From Acidobacteriaceae bacterium (GTDB lineage Bacteria; Acidobacteriota; Terriglobia; Terriglobales; Acidobacteriaceae), in the NCBI GenBank assembly GCA_027311125.1, contig DAICZO010000162.1:92-64091 (forward strand): a stretch of 64,000 bases of DNA. The letters are read 5' to 3'. Both the position numbers and the translations under genes were made by a program. Positions 40,560 through 51,168 of the stretch are shown one piece after another. How positions within the stretch are numbered: position 1 is the stretch's first letter; each line of letters begins with the position of its first letter. The notes beneath the pieces were generated by a model that was given only the letters and a program-made list of their open reading frames with translations, was not told where the DNA came from and made no database searches.

Positions 40560-41677
40560 TGCGTCTGATATTCCAACGCGTGATTGCACTAGCCGTCAAG
40601 GAACTTCTAGCCCTGTTGCGCGATTCTGCCAGCCGGGCTGTGCTGATTGGTCCGCCCATCATTCAACTGCTGGTGTTCGGTTATGCGGCGACCTTCGAAC
40701 TGAAGCATGTTCCGTTCGTCGTATACAACCAGGATCAGGGCCAGATGTCGCGGGAGTTTATTGCACGATTTTCAGGCTCGCCTACGTTTGATCTGCTGCG
40801 CGTCGTCCACGATCAGAGGTCGCTGGAGAGTGCGATCGACGATAAGTCCACGCTGATGGCGATGGTTATCGGTCCGAACTTCAGTGCTGATCTGGAAAGC
40901 GGACGGTCCGCACACATCCAGCTGATTCTGGACGGAAGAGACTCCAACACGGCCGGCCTTGCGATTGGCTATGCACAGTCGATCATCACCACATTCAACC
41001 AGGCACAGATTGCAGCGCACGGAGCGCGTGCTCCCTCCACTGTATTGGTCGATCGGGCATGGTTCAATCCGAATCTCGACTCGCGCTGGTTTATCGTCCC
41101 GGGCATCTGCGGCATTCTTACGCTGCTCGTAAGCCTACTCACGACAGGGCTTTCGGTTGCTCGCGAGCGTGAGATGGGTACGTTTGATCAACTGCTGGTA
41201 ACGCCTATGCGACCAAGTGAGATTATGCTGGGGAAAGCGCTTCCGGGTTTTCTGGTTGGCACGGTCGAAGGTTCGTTGATTCTAATTGTGTCCGTTTTCT
41301 GGTTTCATATTCCGTTTACCGGAAGCCTGCTGGCACTCTATCTTGGATTGTTTTGCTTTCTACTTTCAACCGTGGGGATTGGTCTGATGATCTCGTCGCT
41401 TGCGGCCACACAACAACAGGGGCTGCTGGGTGTCTTTCTCTTCATGGTACCGGCGATTGTTCTCTCCGGGTTCTCGACGCCGATTGCGAACATGCCAAGG
41501 GCTGTCCAGTACATCACCCTGGTTGACCCACTGCGATATTTTCTGATCATTCTGCGCGGCTGCTTCCTGAGAGGGGGCAGTGTGTCGCTCTTCTGGCCGC
41601 AGTATTGGCCGCTGGCAGTCATCGGGATGATCAGCATGATCGCAGCTGGCAGGCTCTTCCGTAGCCGACTCGCGTAA
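40559..41677 (+). CDS. ABC-2 permease (YbhR-like)
   Basis: FGYAAT, WFNPNLDS, AREREMGTFDQLLVTP. Confidence 0.9.
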   Translation: MRLIFQRVIALAVKELLALLRDSASRAVLIGPPIIQLLVFGYAATFELKHVPFVVYNQDQGQMSREFIARFSGSPTFDLLRVVHDQRSLESAIDDKSTLMAMVIGPNFSADLESGRSAHIQLILDGRDSNTAGLAIGYAQSIITTFNQAQIAAHGARAPSTVLVDRAWFNPNLDSRWFIVPGICGILTLLVSLLTTGLSVAREREMGTFDQLLVTPMRPSEIMLGKALPGFLVGTVEGSLILIVSVFWFHIPFTGSLLALYLGLFCFLLSTVGIGLMISSLAATQQQGLLGVFLFMVPAIVLSGFSTPIANMPRAVQYITLVDPLRYFLIILRGCFLRGGSVSLFWPQYWPLAVIGMISMIAAGRLFRSRLA

Positions 41678-41810
41678 GGCTTTCGCGATCAGCAAGGGGT
41701 ACACAGGATGGGTAGCGAAAGCTGTTTCAAATCCATGCGCGAACGTGTGTCCGTTCTTATCGGCTGGCTCCATGATGGCAGCCAGCAGGCTACACAGTTA
41801 GACTGGATGC

Positions 41811-42266
41811 ATGACGAGCGGTCGTGTAATGGCGTTGGATGTCGGCAAGGTGCGAGTTGGTGTTGCACTGTCTGACCCTTTGGGTTTGACCGCTCAGCCG
41901 CTGCTGACGCTTTGGCGAAAGAGTCGTGGGGAAGATATGCGTAGCCTTGTACGCATCATTCGCAAGCATCAAGTGACCGAGATCGTCGTCGGCAATCCGC
42001 TACATCTCTCCGGTGACATCAGCCCCTGGGGCGTCAAGGTGCAGGAGTTTGCCGCTGAGTTGCACACTCGCTGCGGACTTCCGATACACCTGTGCGACGA
42101 GCGGCTCAGCTCGCGCGCTGCCCACGAAATTCTCGACCATGCCGGGCACAATCCACGCGACCGCAAACATCTGATCGACCAGGTTGCAGCAGTCGTCATC
42201 CTGCAAAGCTGGATGGACGCCCAGCAGCACGCAGCAGCGCGCGCCTCCCTGCCTGTAGCCCAGTAA
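41811..42266 (+). CDS. ruvX: YqgF/RuvX family nuclease (pre-16S rRNA maturation)
   Basis: ALDVGKVRVGVALSD, VVGNP, DERLSS, IDQVAAVVIL. Confidence 0.93.
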   Translation: MTSGRVMALDVGKVRVGVALSDPLGLTAQPLLTLWRKSRGEDMRSLVRIIRKHQVTEIVVGNPLHLSGDISPWGVKVQEFAAELHTRCGLPIHLCDERLSSRAAHEILDHAGHNPRDRKHLIDQVAAVVILQSWMDAQQHAAARASLPVAQ

Positions 42267-42417
42267 CTGGACGCCCCATCCGTACACATTATCGACTGGG
42301 TGTGTTCTATCGGCTCGCAGGCATACACGATACGACGTGCTTCATCTGGGCGATGACCATGCGTACTGGCGGGTGCGACCTGCTGTTGGTATTCCGTTAG
42401 CGAAGCACACGGGACAT

Positions 42418-43401
42418 CTAGAGAACGCAGCGAAAGCCCATGTGCGAGGTTGAGCTATCGGGGGTGTTGGAGGTGCGTGCAGCGACCCGGTACCGATTGC
42501 AGTAGGATTTGTGGCAGAGGAACGATCCCCCCTTGACGACACGGTTTTGTCCGGTGGCCGGGCCGGTGGGGTTATCCGCAGCAGACAACCGATGGGAGTC
42601 AGGCGAGAACCAATCGGCGCACCATTCCCAGGTGTTGCCGGTCATGGAATACAAGCCATAGCCATTCGGAGGAAATGCGTCGACCGGAGAGGTGCCGGCG
42701 TAGCCATCTTCCGCGGTATCGTTGCGGGGGAAATCACCCTGCCAGATATTGCAGCGATGCTCGCCACCCGGACGGAGTTTGTCTCCCCAGGGATAGAGTT
42801 TCTGGACTAGTCCACCGCGGGCGGCGTATTCCCACTCTGCCTCAGTGGGCAGGCGTCGGCCAGACCACATGGCAAAGGCGGTCGCGTCGTTCCATGAGAC
42901 ATGCACGACGGGATGCTCGTCGCGGTCCTGGAGGGTTGACCCTGGACCTTCTGGTGCAGCCCAATTCGCTCCGCTCACCTTGCACCACCAAGGTGCGGCT
43001 GAGACCGTATCTTCGATAAGGGCGTCGCGCTTCGATTCGGGGATGTGAGCCCAGAAGACGAAGGACCAGCCGAAGTGTTCCGCCTCGGTGCGGTAGCCGG
43101 TCTGCGCGATGAACTCGCGGAAGCTGCGATTGGTGACCGGGAATTTGTCGATGGCGAAGGGTTGCAGATTGACGGCGTGGATGGGGCCTTCTCCATCGTT
43201 GGGAAAGCCACACTCGTAGTCTGTGCCCATCAGGAAGGTTCCGCCAGGCAGGTCCACCATCTGAGCGCGGATTTCGGGTGGACACTGGCGCAGCGTTGTC
43301 TCAACCGCTGCAACGACGCCCGGCACTGTATGAGCGGCAGAGGGGGCACAGCAAGCTTTTAGCGGCGCACCACAACCGGATGGATTGGGATCGATACTCA
43401 T
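42418..43401 (-). CDS. Formylglycine-generating enzyme (sulfatase maturase)
   Basis: RLPTEAEWEYAARGG, GNTWEW, GGSFLCHKSYCNRYR with both catalytic Cys. Confidence 0.92.
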   Translation of the reverse strand: MSIDPNPSGCGAPLKACCAPSAAHTVPGVVAAVETTLRQCPPEIRAQMVDLPGGTFLMGTDYECGFPNDGEGPIHAVNLQPFAIDKFPVTNRSFREFIAQTGYRTEAEHFGWSFVFWAHIPESKRDALIEDTVSAAPWWCKVSGANWAAPEGPGSTLQDRDEHPVVHVSWNDATAFAMWSGRRLPTEAEWEYAARGGLVQKLYPWGDKLRPGGEHRCNIWQGDFPRNDTAEDGYAGTSPVDAFPPNGYGLYSMTGNTWEWCADWFSPDSHRLSAADNPTGPATGQNRVVKGGSFLCHKSYCNRYRVAARTSNTPDSSTSHMGFRCVL

Positions 43402-43630
43402 ATCTTCATTCTATGGTTTCGTCGTGGGATACACGCTTGCGGTCGCGTCTTCTGATCATGATCTTTGTCGATATGGCAGCTCTCCAAGCGGAGGCTTTCG
43501 ATATACCATTGAGGTTGAGACTGAAGCCAACGAGAGCTTCCTACTGTAGGTTTCCGACGTTGGAGGCACGGAGTCAAACAGGGTAAAGACCGCGAGGCGT
43601 AATGAGTAGGTTAGTGGCATCCAGCGAACC

Positions 43631-43985
43631 TCATGCGGACCAGAAGTGGACACTGACGACCGTGGTGTTGGTGATCGCCGTGTCAATAACTGAGATATGG
43701 ATCACAGCCTGAGAGTTCTTTCTATGCCGGTCGGCTGGAGCATTCTTGAGTAGCGTGGAGAGGAGAGCGTACTACCACAAGGTAGCCTGCGGCTATTTCA
43801 GTGCCAAATGTGGTCACGCCAGAGACAACGGATACTGCTTGACCTACGCCATTGTCGAAGAAACAGGTGACCATGTCGTAATCGTCGTCGCCAAAGTATC
43901 TATTCGTTCTGACGCCTGCCCCCAAGACATGACCGGTAGCGACGTCGCGCACTGCAATGGCCTGATGCTGATGTTCCTTCTGCAT
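43631..43985 (-). pseudogene. Frameshifted C-terminal remnant of an uncharacterised protein
   Basis: DYDMVTCFFD..VVSGVTTFGTEIAAGYL, then in another frame APADRHRKNSQAVIHISVID..VVSVHFW; resembles C-termini I recall from acidobacterial hypothetical proteins. Confidence 0.4.
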
Positions 43986-44127
43986 GAGGGAAAAGAGGAA
44001 CTGCTGGCTAAGCCTCGCTCGCCAAGCAGCGGAAAGCAGCTCATCGAAAGAATTGGGTGTTCGTTTTCATGCCAAGTAACGAAAACGCGAGTGTAGTCGA
44101 CGATCCCCCCTATGAATTCTCTTCTGC

Positions 44128-45721
44128 TTATTTTGCCCGCTCCCTGCTCAACATCTCTCGGAGTCGAGTTACCACCTCCGGATATTTTGCTGCTACATTT
44201 TGTAGTTTCGCCGGGATCTGCAACGAGATCGTAGAGTTCCACCTCGGCTTCGGGATAGTCAACCGAACCGGGCATGAAGCGCTGTTCGTCTGCTTTCTGA
44301 TTGGCTGCAGCGCGTTGCGGCATCGGATGCCATTTGCTCTCCGCAAGGGTGCCTGGACGCTGGTCACGATCCACAAGCTTCCATCGCTCCGTTCGGATGC
44401 TAAGAAACACCGCTTCTTCCACCAGACTTTCTCGGCCATGCGCAGACTTACCCAGCATGGCAGGTAGTTCATTCTGACTGTCTCCGGCTCCGCCGCTTGG
44501 AACCGTAGCATGGGTGAGTACCGCCAGACTGCGTAGCACATCAACCTGATCGATCATCGCGTTCGAAACACCGGGAAGAATCTTGCCGGGGTACAGCGTG
44601 ATAAATGGAATGCGCGTTCCTCCCTCATAGACGGAGTACTTGCCTCCGCGAAACGGTCCAGCCGGACGATGTGCTCCAAGAGTTGCAACGGAGTTATCGT
44701 CATAGCCATCATTGACGACGGGGCCGTTGTCCGAGGTGAAGATGACTAACGTATCGTTCTCCAGGCCATTGGCTCGTAGTGTCTGCATCACGCGTCCGAC
44801 ACAGTTGTCGAGTTGCAGGATGGTATCGCACCGGATGCCACACTCACTTTTGCCTGCAAACTGCTTTGCAGGAGCATGCGGAACATGGATATCGCTCGGG
44901 GTGAAGTACAGCAGGAAGGGATGATGCTTGTGGGTCTCAATGTACTCGCAGGCCTTATCGGTAAACGTACTGGCCATGGTTTCATCGTTCCAGCGTGCGG
45001 TCTTACCGCCGGTCATAAAGCCAATACGGCTAATTCCATTGACGATCGTGCCGTCATGGCCTTCGCTGAGTTTCATCTTCAGCAACTCGGGGTCTTCCTT
45101 GCCGGTGGGCTCATCACCGATTTTATTGGTATATGAGACGGAGATAGGATCTTTAGGATCGAGATTTACGACGTGGTGGTTATGGATATAGACGGTGGGT
45201 ACGCGGTCGGCAGTAGCAGCGAAATAGAATGCGTCATCGAATCCAGCTTCGCAGGGTCCTGGCTTGATCGCACCGTTCCAGTCGATCTTGCCATCGCCCA
45301 GTCCAAGATGCCACTTACCAACGAGGCCTGTCGCATAACCGGCAGACTTCAGCACCGAGGCGATGGTAGCTTGCCCGGGGTGCACCAAAGACGCTGCATC
45401 ACCTGGCAAAACATGTACACCATCACGCCGCCATGCGTACTCGCCTGTGAGCATTGCATAGCGCGAGGGCGTGCATGTCGCCGCATCGCAATGGGCATCT
45501 GTAAAACGTAATCCACGTCGCGCAAGCTCATCGATGTTGGGCGTACTGACATTGATGCCGCCGTAGCATGCCAAGTCTCCATAACCAACGTCGTCCGACA
45601 GGATAATGACTATGTTGGGCTTGCGCTCTTTAGGCGAGTCGGCCACGACTTCGAGCGCCCTCCCCAGCGCAAGCGTCGCGCCCGTCATTCCCAAACATTT
45701 TGTAAAATCTCTACGATTCAT
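44128..45721 (-). pseudogene. Cys-type arylsulfatase (Tat signal) with a +1 frameshift near the C-terminus
   Basis: MNRRDF; SDDVGYGD, CTPSR, GKWHLG, SDNG, YEGGTRIP, ELYDLVADPGET; natural end NVAAKYPEVVTRL is in another frame after an A4 run at 44198-44201. Confidence 0.85.
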
Positions 45722-45830
45722 CTGGCCGAGGTTCCTTTGTGATGGTCCGGGAGCTTGATTTCTACAACGGAGTCTTTGGCATAGGTGCCTGTTCGATTAG
45801 ACTCCTACGCACTGCAAATGTGAATTGGGA

Positions 45831-46450
45831 TCAGAGCAGTATATTAAGCCCCAACAATAGAACACGTGGCAACCCTACTGTAACAATTATTCCTACGTTA
45901 GGACTGGTAAGGGCAGCCATTCCTGGCCCAGGTTTACGTTCTTGAACGTGTTGAACGCTTGGATACGACACTGAAGAGTCGTACGGTCGGTTCGAGCAAA
46001 CTGTTTGAATACTGATAAATCTGTATCGATAAAACTTAGACCGGCAAGATACTTGCGCTGCTTATTGCTGTATGTGGATTGTGCCGACGTTACGCGGCGT
46101 TACTGATCTCATTTAATCTCCAACCGCTGGCACTGGATGCTGCCGGAACCTGCCAGGCTGCTTTTTCCAGCATCGGTAGCATGAAGACCGTTCCAGCAGG
46201 CATCCATCGGAGCGCGCCAAGTCGCTCGCTCCGTCTGAAGGAGTTCGCTGTTTGGGTGTGGAACAGAGACAAGCGAAGCCGCAGACAGGCCAAGATCGTC
46301 TCTATGGGTATCTCTACTGAATGCGTAAGGTCTGTCCAACGTCCAGTCGTTTGGCGACTGGACGTGGGACAGACCTAAGCGAAGAAGACCCACAAGAATA
46401 ACAAATGAGTTACGACCACTTATCGGGAAGCCACTACGAATCAATTGAGA
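45831..46450 (-). pseudogene. TonB-dependent receptor (Oar-like) C-terminal remnant
   Basis: Manual translation GLSFIDTDLSVFKQFARTDRTTLQCRIQAFNTFKNVNLGQ, then LTSPNVGIIVTVGLPRVLLLGLNILL*; upstream boundary uncertain. Confidence 0.7.
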
Positions 46451-46734
46451 TATAGATATTACAAAAGCTAGGTCGAGTTACGGAGCTTACCGAGGTCGGG
46501 GAGGCTTCCATCTGCGTTGAAGAGTACCGATGATGCACGTTGCCCCTTCTCCTGACTGGTGAATTGAACTTCAGTTGGAAACCAGACTTCGTGGAGTGTT
46601 CGAGATGTTTTGTGTGCACTTCTCCTGCAGGTCATAGAACAATCAGAAGATAGATCCTTATGACACCCGATGTTATCTTGGGTGATGAGGGTAAGTAACT
46701 CGGCTTAGGGGCTGGCCCAAGTCCATCTGCAGTA

Positions 46735-49700
46735 TTACTGCTCGGTCAATTGAGTTACGCCCACCTGATGGAGATGAGCCTTGACTATCTCTCGCTGCGG
46801 AACCGCTGCTGTCGGCTTTGGTACTTTGTCGAACCATTCGTACAGCATCGGCAACAGGAAAAGAGTGAGGAGTGTCGAGCTGATCAGGCCGCCAATCACC
46901 ACTGTAGCGAGAGGCCGTTGAATTTCAGCGCCGATCGACGTGGACATTGCCATCGGAACGAAGCCAAGGCTGGCAACAAGCGCTGTCATAAGAACAGGAC
47001 GTAGACGTCGCCCGGCCCCCTGCAGAATCGATTCGTGCAGCGATGCTCCAATTTCGCGCAGTTGATTGATAGAACTTACCAAAACAACTCCGTTCAGCAC
47101 GGCTACTCCCAGCAGAGCGATGAACCCAACGGATGCTGAGAGATTCAAGTTAAGGTGGAATATCCATAGTGCGGCGATTCCACCGACGAGAGCAAACGGA
47201 ACGTTGATCAGAATGAGCATGGCTTGTTTGATTGAGTTGAAGGTGAGGTAGAGCAAACCCGTTACGATCATCAGCGCGAGCGGAATGACCAGCAGGAGGC
47301 GGTGCGTCGCACGCTGCTGATTTTCGAACTGTCCGCCGTAGCTCAGGGAGTATCCCGGTGGCAGCTTTACGGCTGCACCCACCTTCTGCTGCACCTCCGC
47401 AACGAAGCTTCCCAAATCTCGCCCTCTCACGTTCGACATCACGACGATCCGGCGCTGCCCTTCTTCCCGGTTGATCTTTTCCGCACCGCGCGTGACGGTT
47501 ACATCCGCCACTTGTCCGAGCGTCACGATCTCTCCTCCTGGGGCATGGAGGGGAATGGATCGCATCGATTTGAAATCATTCCGATACTGATCCGGCAACC
47601 GCAAGGCAATGGTGTAGCGACGTTGGCCCTCAATGACCTGCGAGACAATGGCCCCCGATGCTCCGGCTTCGACTGCCTGCTGTACGTCGACGACATTCAT
47701 ACCATAGCGTGCTAGAGCGTTCCGCCGGATGTTTACAGTCAGTTCCGCCACACCGGAGTTGATTTCCATCTGGGCATCGGCAGCACCCCGAACGGAGTTG
47801 ACCTGATGCAATACCTGTTGAGCCAAGGAGTCTAACTGCTGGAAGTCGTCTCCAAAGATCTTCACTGCCAGATCAGCTTTGACGCCAGAGACTGTCTCGT
47901 CAAGACGCATGGCCATCGGCTGAGTGAAGTCATAGTTGATACCTGGAATCTGAGAGAGCGCCTTATCCATAGCGTCGATGAGTTCTTCTTTGGAGTGGTA
48001 ACGCTTCCATTCCTTTATGGGTGTGAGTGAGACGTATACATCACCTTCGTTGATCCCCATGGCCTCTGTTGCGAAGTCGGGACGGCCGATCTTCGTAGTG
48101 ACATCCTGAATTTCGGGGAAAGATCGCAAGGTCGCTTCCACTCGTTGGGAGATCTGAATTGAGTCTGTCAGCGAGATGCCGGGCAGCTTACGTGTCTCCA
48201 CGAGGATGGAACCTTCGTCGAGGCGAGGCATGAACTCCGTGCCGATGTAAGCAAGTGATCCGAGCGAAACGATCATGACCACCGCAGATATTGCAACAAC
48301 CGCAATCCTGTGGCGGATGACCCACGACAGACCGCCCATGTACCGCTTGACGATGCGATCCATACGGGTTTCGACATGGTGCTGCTTGGGCTTCGCTTTG
48401 CCATGAAGTCCGTTGCGAAATACGAAAGAACTCAGAACCGGGATGACCGTAAGTGCGAGGAACAAGGAGCCGAGGAGAGCCGCACAGACCGTAATCGCCA
48501 TCGGACGAAACATACGGCCTTCCAGCCCTTCGAGGAAGAGGATCGGGAGATAGACGGCGATAATGATGGCCACACCGAACGACATAGGTCTGGCTACTTC
48601 CACTCCGGCGATGGAGATGGAGGTCATCACGTCTTCTTCATCGCCATGCTCCTGCATCCTGTGGACGGAGTTCTCGATCATCACGACGGCGCCGTCGACA
48701 ATCATCCCGAAGTCGATCGCTCCGAGGCTCATCAGGTTGGCGCTGATCCCGAAGAACTTCATCCCGAGGAAGCTGAAGAGCAAGGACAGCGGGATAATCG
48801 ATGCCGTGACCATCGCCGCGCGGAAGCTACCGAGGAACAGCAGAAGCACAACTGTGACCAGAATGAAGCCTTCGAAGAGATTGTGCTCAACAGTGTGGAT
48901 GGTTCCGTCAATAACCGTCGATTGGTCGTAGAAGGGCTTCAACTCAACGCCCGCGGGCAGATGCAGGCTCGCCAGCTTCTCCTTCACCAGTTCAATGACA
49001 CGTTTGCCATTCTCGCCCTTCAGCATGATGACCATGCCAGAGATGGCTTCTCCGTCGCGCAGAACAGCGCCTTGACGTGGGGCTGGCCCGATTTCAATCT
49101 GGGCTATATCGCGCAGCACAACAGGTGCTCCCTGATTCGCGAGCAGCACGATGTTGCCGATGTCTGAAATGTTTGCTGACCTACCCAGGCCTCGGAGAGT
49201 GTATTGCTCGTAAGCGTGCTCGATGTATCCGCCACCGAAGTTGGTATTGTTTTCGGCGACACGTGCGGCTACATCCTTCAAGGTCAGTCCATATTGCTGC
49301 AGCAGAGCTGGATCAACCTTTATCTGATACTGCTTGGTCTCGCCACCCCAGGTATTGACGTCGCTGACGCCAGGTACGGTGCGCAGTTGCGGCTTGATCT
49401 CCCACTCCTGAACGTCCTTCAACTCCATTGGGGTGAGACCTGTTCCGGTTAGGGTGTACTGATAGAGTTCGCCAAATGCCGTAGAAGGCGGCGTGAGTAC
49501 AGGCTGAATTCCCGCTGGGAGAGAACTCGAGGCTTGCTGGAGCCGCTCGTTCACCAGTTGTCGTGCAAAGTACGTTGGTACGTCATCATCGAAGACGACA
49601 GTAACCATCGAAATACCCAGCTTCGATAAAGACCGTACCTGTTGCTGCTTGGGCATGCCCAGCAGAGTCCGTTCGATGGGATACGTGACCAACTGTTCCA

Positions 49701-49881
49701 CCTCCACCGGCGGCATGGAGGGCGCTTCGGTCACAATGACGACCTGGTTATTAGTGAGATCGGGGAAGGCATCAACCGGGATGGTGCTGACGACCCAGCC
49801 TCCTCCAGCGATCAGAGTGACGACGCCAAGCAGCACCATCCAGCGATGAGCTAACGAGAAAGTAACAATCCTTGCAAACAT
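46735..49881 (-). CDS. CzcA/CusA heavy-metal RND efflux permease
   Basis: DAFPDLT, NLMSLGAIDFGMIVDG, EGRMFRPMA, RLRPVLMTA. Confidence 0.95.
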   Translation of the reverse strand: MFARIVTFSLAHRWMVLLGVVTLIAGGGWVVSTIPVDAFPDLTNNQVVIVTEAPSMPPVEVEQLVTYPIERTLLGMPKQQQVRSLSKLGISMVTVVFDDDVPTYFARQLVNERLQQASSSLPAGIQPVLTPPSTAFGELYQYTLTGTGLTPMELKDVQEWEIKPQLRTVPGVSDVNTWGGETKQYQIKVDPALLQQYGLTLKDVAARVAENNTNFGGGYIEHAYEQYTLRGLGRSANISDIGNIVLLANQGAPVVLRDIAQIEIGPAPRQGAVLRDGEAISGMVIMLKGENGKRVIELVKEKLASLHLPAGVELKPFYDQSTVIDGTIHTVEHNLFEGFILVTVVLLLFLGSFRAAMVTASIIPLSLLFSFLGMKFFGISANLMSLGAIDFGMIVDGAVVMIENSVHRMQEHGDEEDVMTSISIAGVEVARPMSFGVAIIIAVYLPILFLEGLEGRMFRPMAITVCAALLGSLFLALTVIPVLSSFVFRNGLHGKAKPKQHHVETRMDRIVKRYMGGLSWVIRHRIAVVAISAVVMIVSLGSLAYIGTEFMPRLDEGSILVETRKLPGISLTDSIQISQRVEATLRSFPEIQDVTTKIGRPDFATEAMGINEGDVYVSLTPIKEWKRYHSKEELIDAMDKALSQIPGINYDFTQPMAMRLDETVSGVKADLAVKIFGDDFQQLDSLAQQVLHQVNSVRGAADAQMEINSGVAELTVNIRRNALARYGMNVVDVQQAVEAGASGAIVSQVIEGQRRYTIALRLPDQYRNDFKSMRSIPLHAPGGEIVTLGQVADVTVTRGAEKINREEGQRRIVVMSNVRGRDLGSFVAEVQQKVGAAVKLPPGYSLSYGGQFENQQRATHRLLLVIPLALMIVTGLLYLTFNSIKQAMLILINVPFALVGGIAALWIFHLNLNLSASVGFIALLGVAVLNGVVLVSSINQLREIGASLHESILQGAGRRLRPVLMTALVASLGFVPMAMSTSIGAEIQRPLATVVIGGLISSTLLTLFLLPMLYEWFDKVPKPTAAVPQREIVKAHLHQVGVTQLTEQ

Positions 49882-49887
49882 AACTCT

Positions 49888-51168
49888 TTACTCTCCCTGC
49901 ATCGAGGTTTTGAGAAGCTGAGATTTCAGGAGGAAGCTACCTTGCGTAACGACCTCTTCTCCAGAGTGGACACCGTCGAGGAGAGCCACTTTGCCGTTGA
50001 TCGTGTCGCCCACTCGTACAGGCCGCAATACGAAACGATCAGCAGCTTTGCGGACGAAGACAACATCCTGACCATTCACTTGCTGAATGGCGTCTGGTGC
50101 GACAAGTACGAGCGGATGAGTCTCGCCAACTGAAATTTCTGCGGTGGCTAACATCTCCGGCCGGAGGATCTCTTTGGCGCGATCCAGATCAATCCGAACC
50201 TGGAGACGGCGCGTGGTCGGATCGAACTCCTGACCAAGATTGGTGATCCTTCCCGAGAAGTGCTCGCCCGGTATTCCGGGCAGAGTGATCGAGGCCAACT
50301 GACCAACGTTAAGCCGACTCACTTGTTCCTGTCCCACTGAAGCCAACATCCAGAGATGACTCGTATTGCCGAGCACGAAGATATCCGTAGCGGGACCAAC
50401 GGTGGTTCCTGGAGTAGCGCTTTTTTGCAGAACGTACCCACTTGCCGGGGCGATGATGGGAATCAGTTCGGCGGTTGCTGGATTTGCATCTGCGGGAAGA
50501 TCAGCGGGTATGCCGAGGTTCTCCTCCAGATGAGTCTTGCTTCGTACCACATCGATCTGGCCATTCTCCAGAGCAGTCTTTGCGTTGACGAGTTCCTGAC
50601 GCGATTGCTCGACCTGCTCCACGGAGGCGGCACGCAGTACAAAAAGTCGCTGCATACGGTCATAGTTGATCTGTGCAAGAGACGCAGCTGCCTGTAGGCG
50701 GCCCTTCTCTGCCACTCCCATGGCGTAGGTAGCCTTGGCTTCATGAACGTCGTGACTATGCATCCGAGCCAGGACCTGTCCCTTGTGGACGAAGTCGCCA
50801 AGGTTGGCATAAACCCGCTCGATACGCCCGGTTGAAAGAACTCCTACGTGCCAGCTCTCATTGTCTGGCAGGACAATCTTGCCAGGAAATTGAAGTTGAT
50901 CAGGCTCAGACTGAAGCGACAAGACCGTTGTGGTGATCGCTCCACGCTGCTCAGCGACAGGAAATACGATCTCACCAGCCGCAGCGGGTATGCGCTCTGG
51001 AACGCGAGCCACGGGAGTCTCGGTCGGGCGGCAGCCCAGAGCGCCTAGCCCAGTTGCAATCAGCACAAGCATAGCCAGTGCGCCAGGATGATACGTTGGA
51101 GGAGTGGATAACTTCCACGTGCGATTCATCGTTTTGGTTCCTCGTAATTTCAAGTCAAATATCTTCAT
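49888..51168 (-). CDS. RND periplasmic adaptor (CzcB/CusB-like)
   Basis: Lipobox LGC; GRIERV..GDFV, DPTTR, LRPEM, VTQGSFLLKS. Confidence 0.9.
   Translation of the reverse strand: MKIFDLKLRGTKTMNRTWKLSTPPTYHPGALAMLVLIATGLGALGCRPTETPVARVPERIPAAAGEIVFPVAEQRGAITTTVLSLQSEPDQLQFPGKIVLPDNESWHVGVLSTGRIERVYANLGDFVHKGQVLARMHSHDVHEAKATYAMGVAEKGRLQAAASLAQINYDRMQRLFVLRAASVEQVEQSRQELVNAKTALENGQIDVVRSKTHLEENLGIPADLPADANPATAELIPIIAPASGYVLQKSATPGTTVGPATDIFVLGNTSHLWMLASVGQEQVSRLNVGQLASITLPGIPGEHFSGRITNLGQEFDPTTRRLQVRIDLDRAKEILRPEMLATAEISVGETHPLVLVAPDAIQQVNGQDVVFVRKAADRFVLRPVRVGDTINGKVALLDGVHSGEEVVTQGSFLLKSQLLKTSMQGE

Noticed and set aside
31774-41700. ars/efflux block as an element integrated at tRNA-Gly
   Set aside because: The block lies on the tRNA's 5' side, and no duplicated 3' end or integrase was seen
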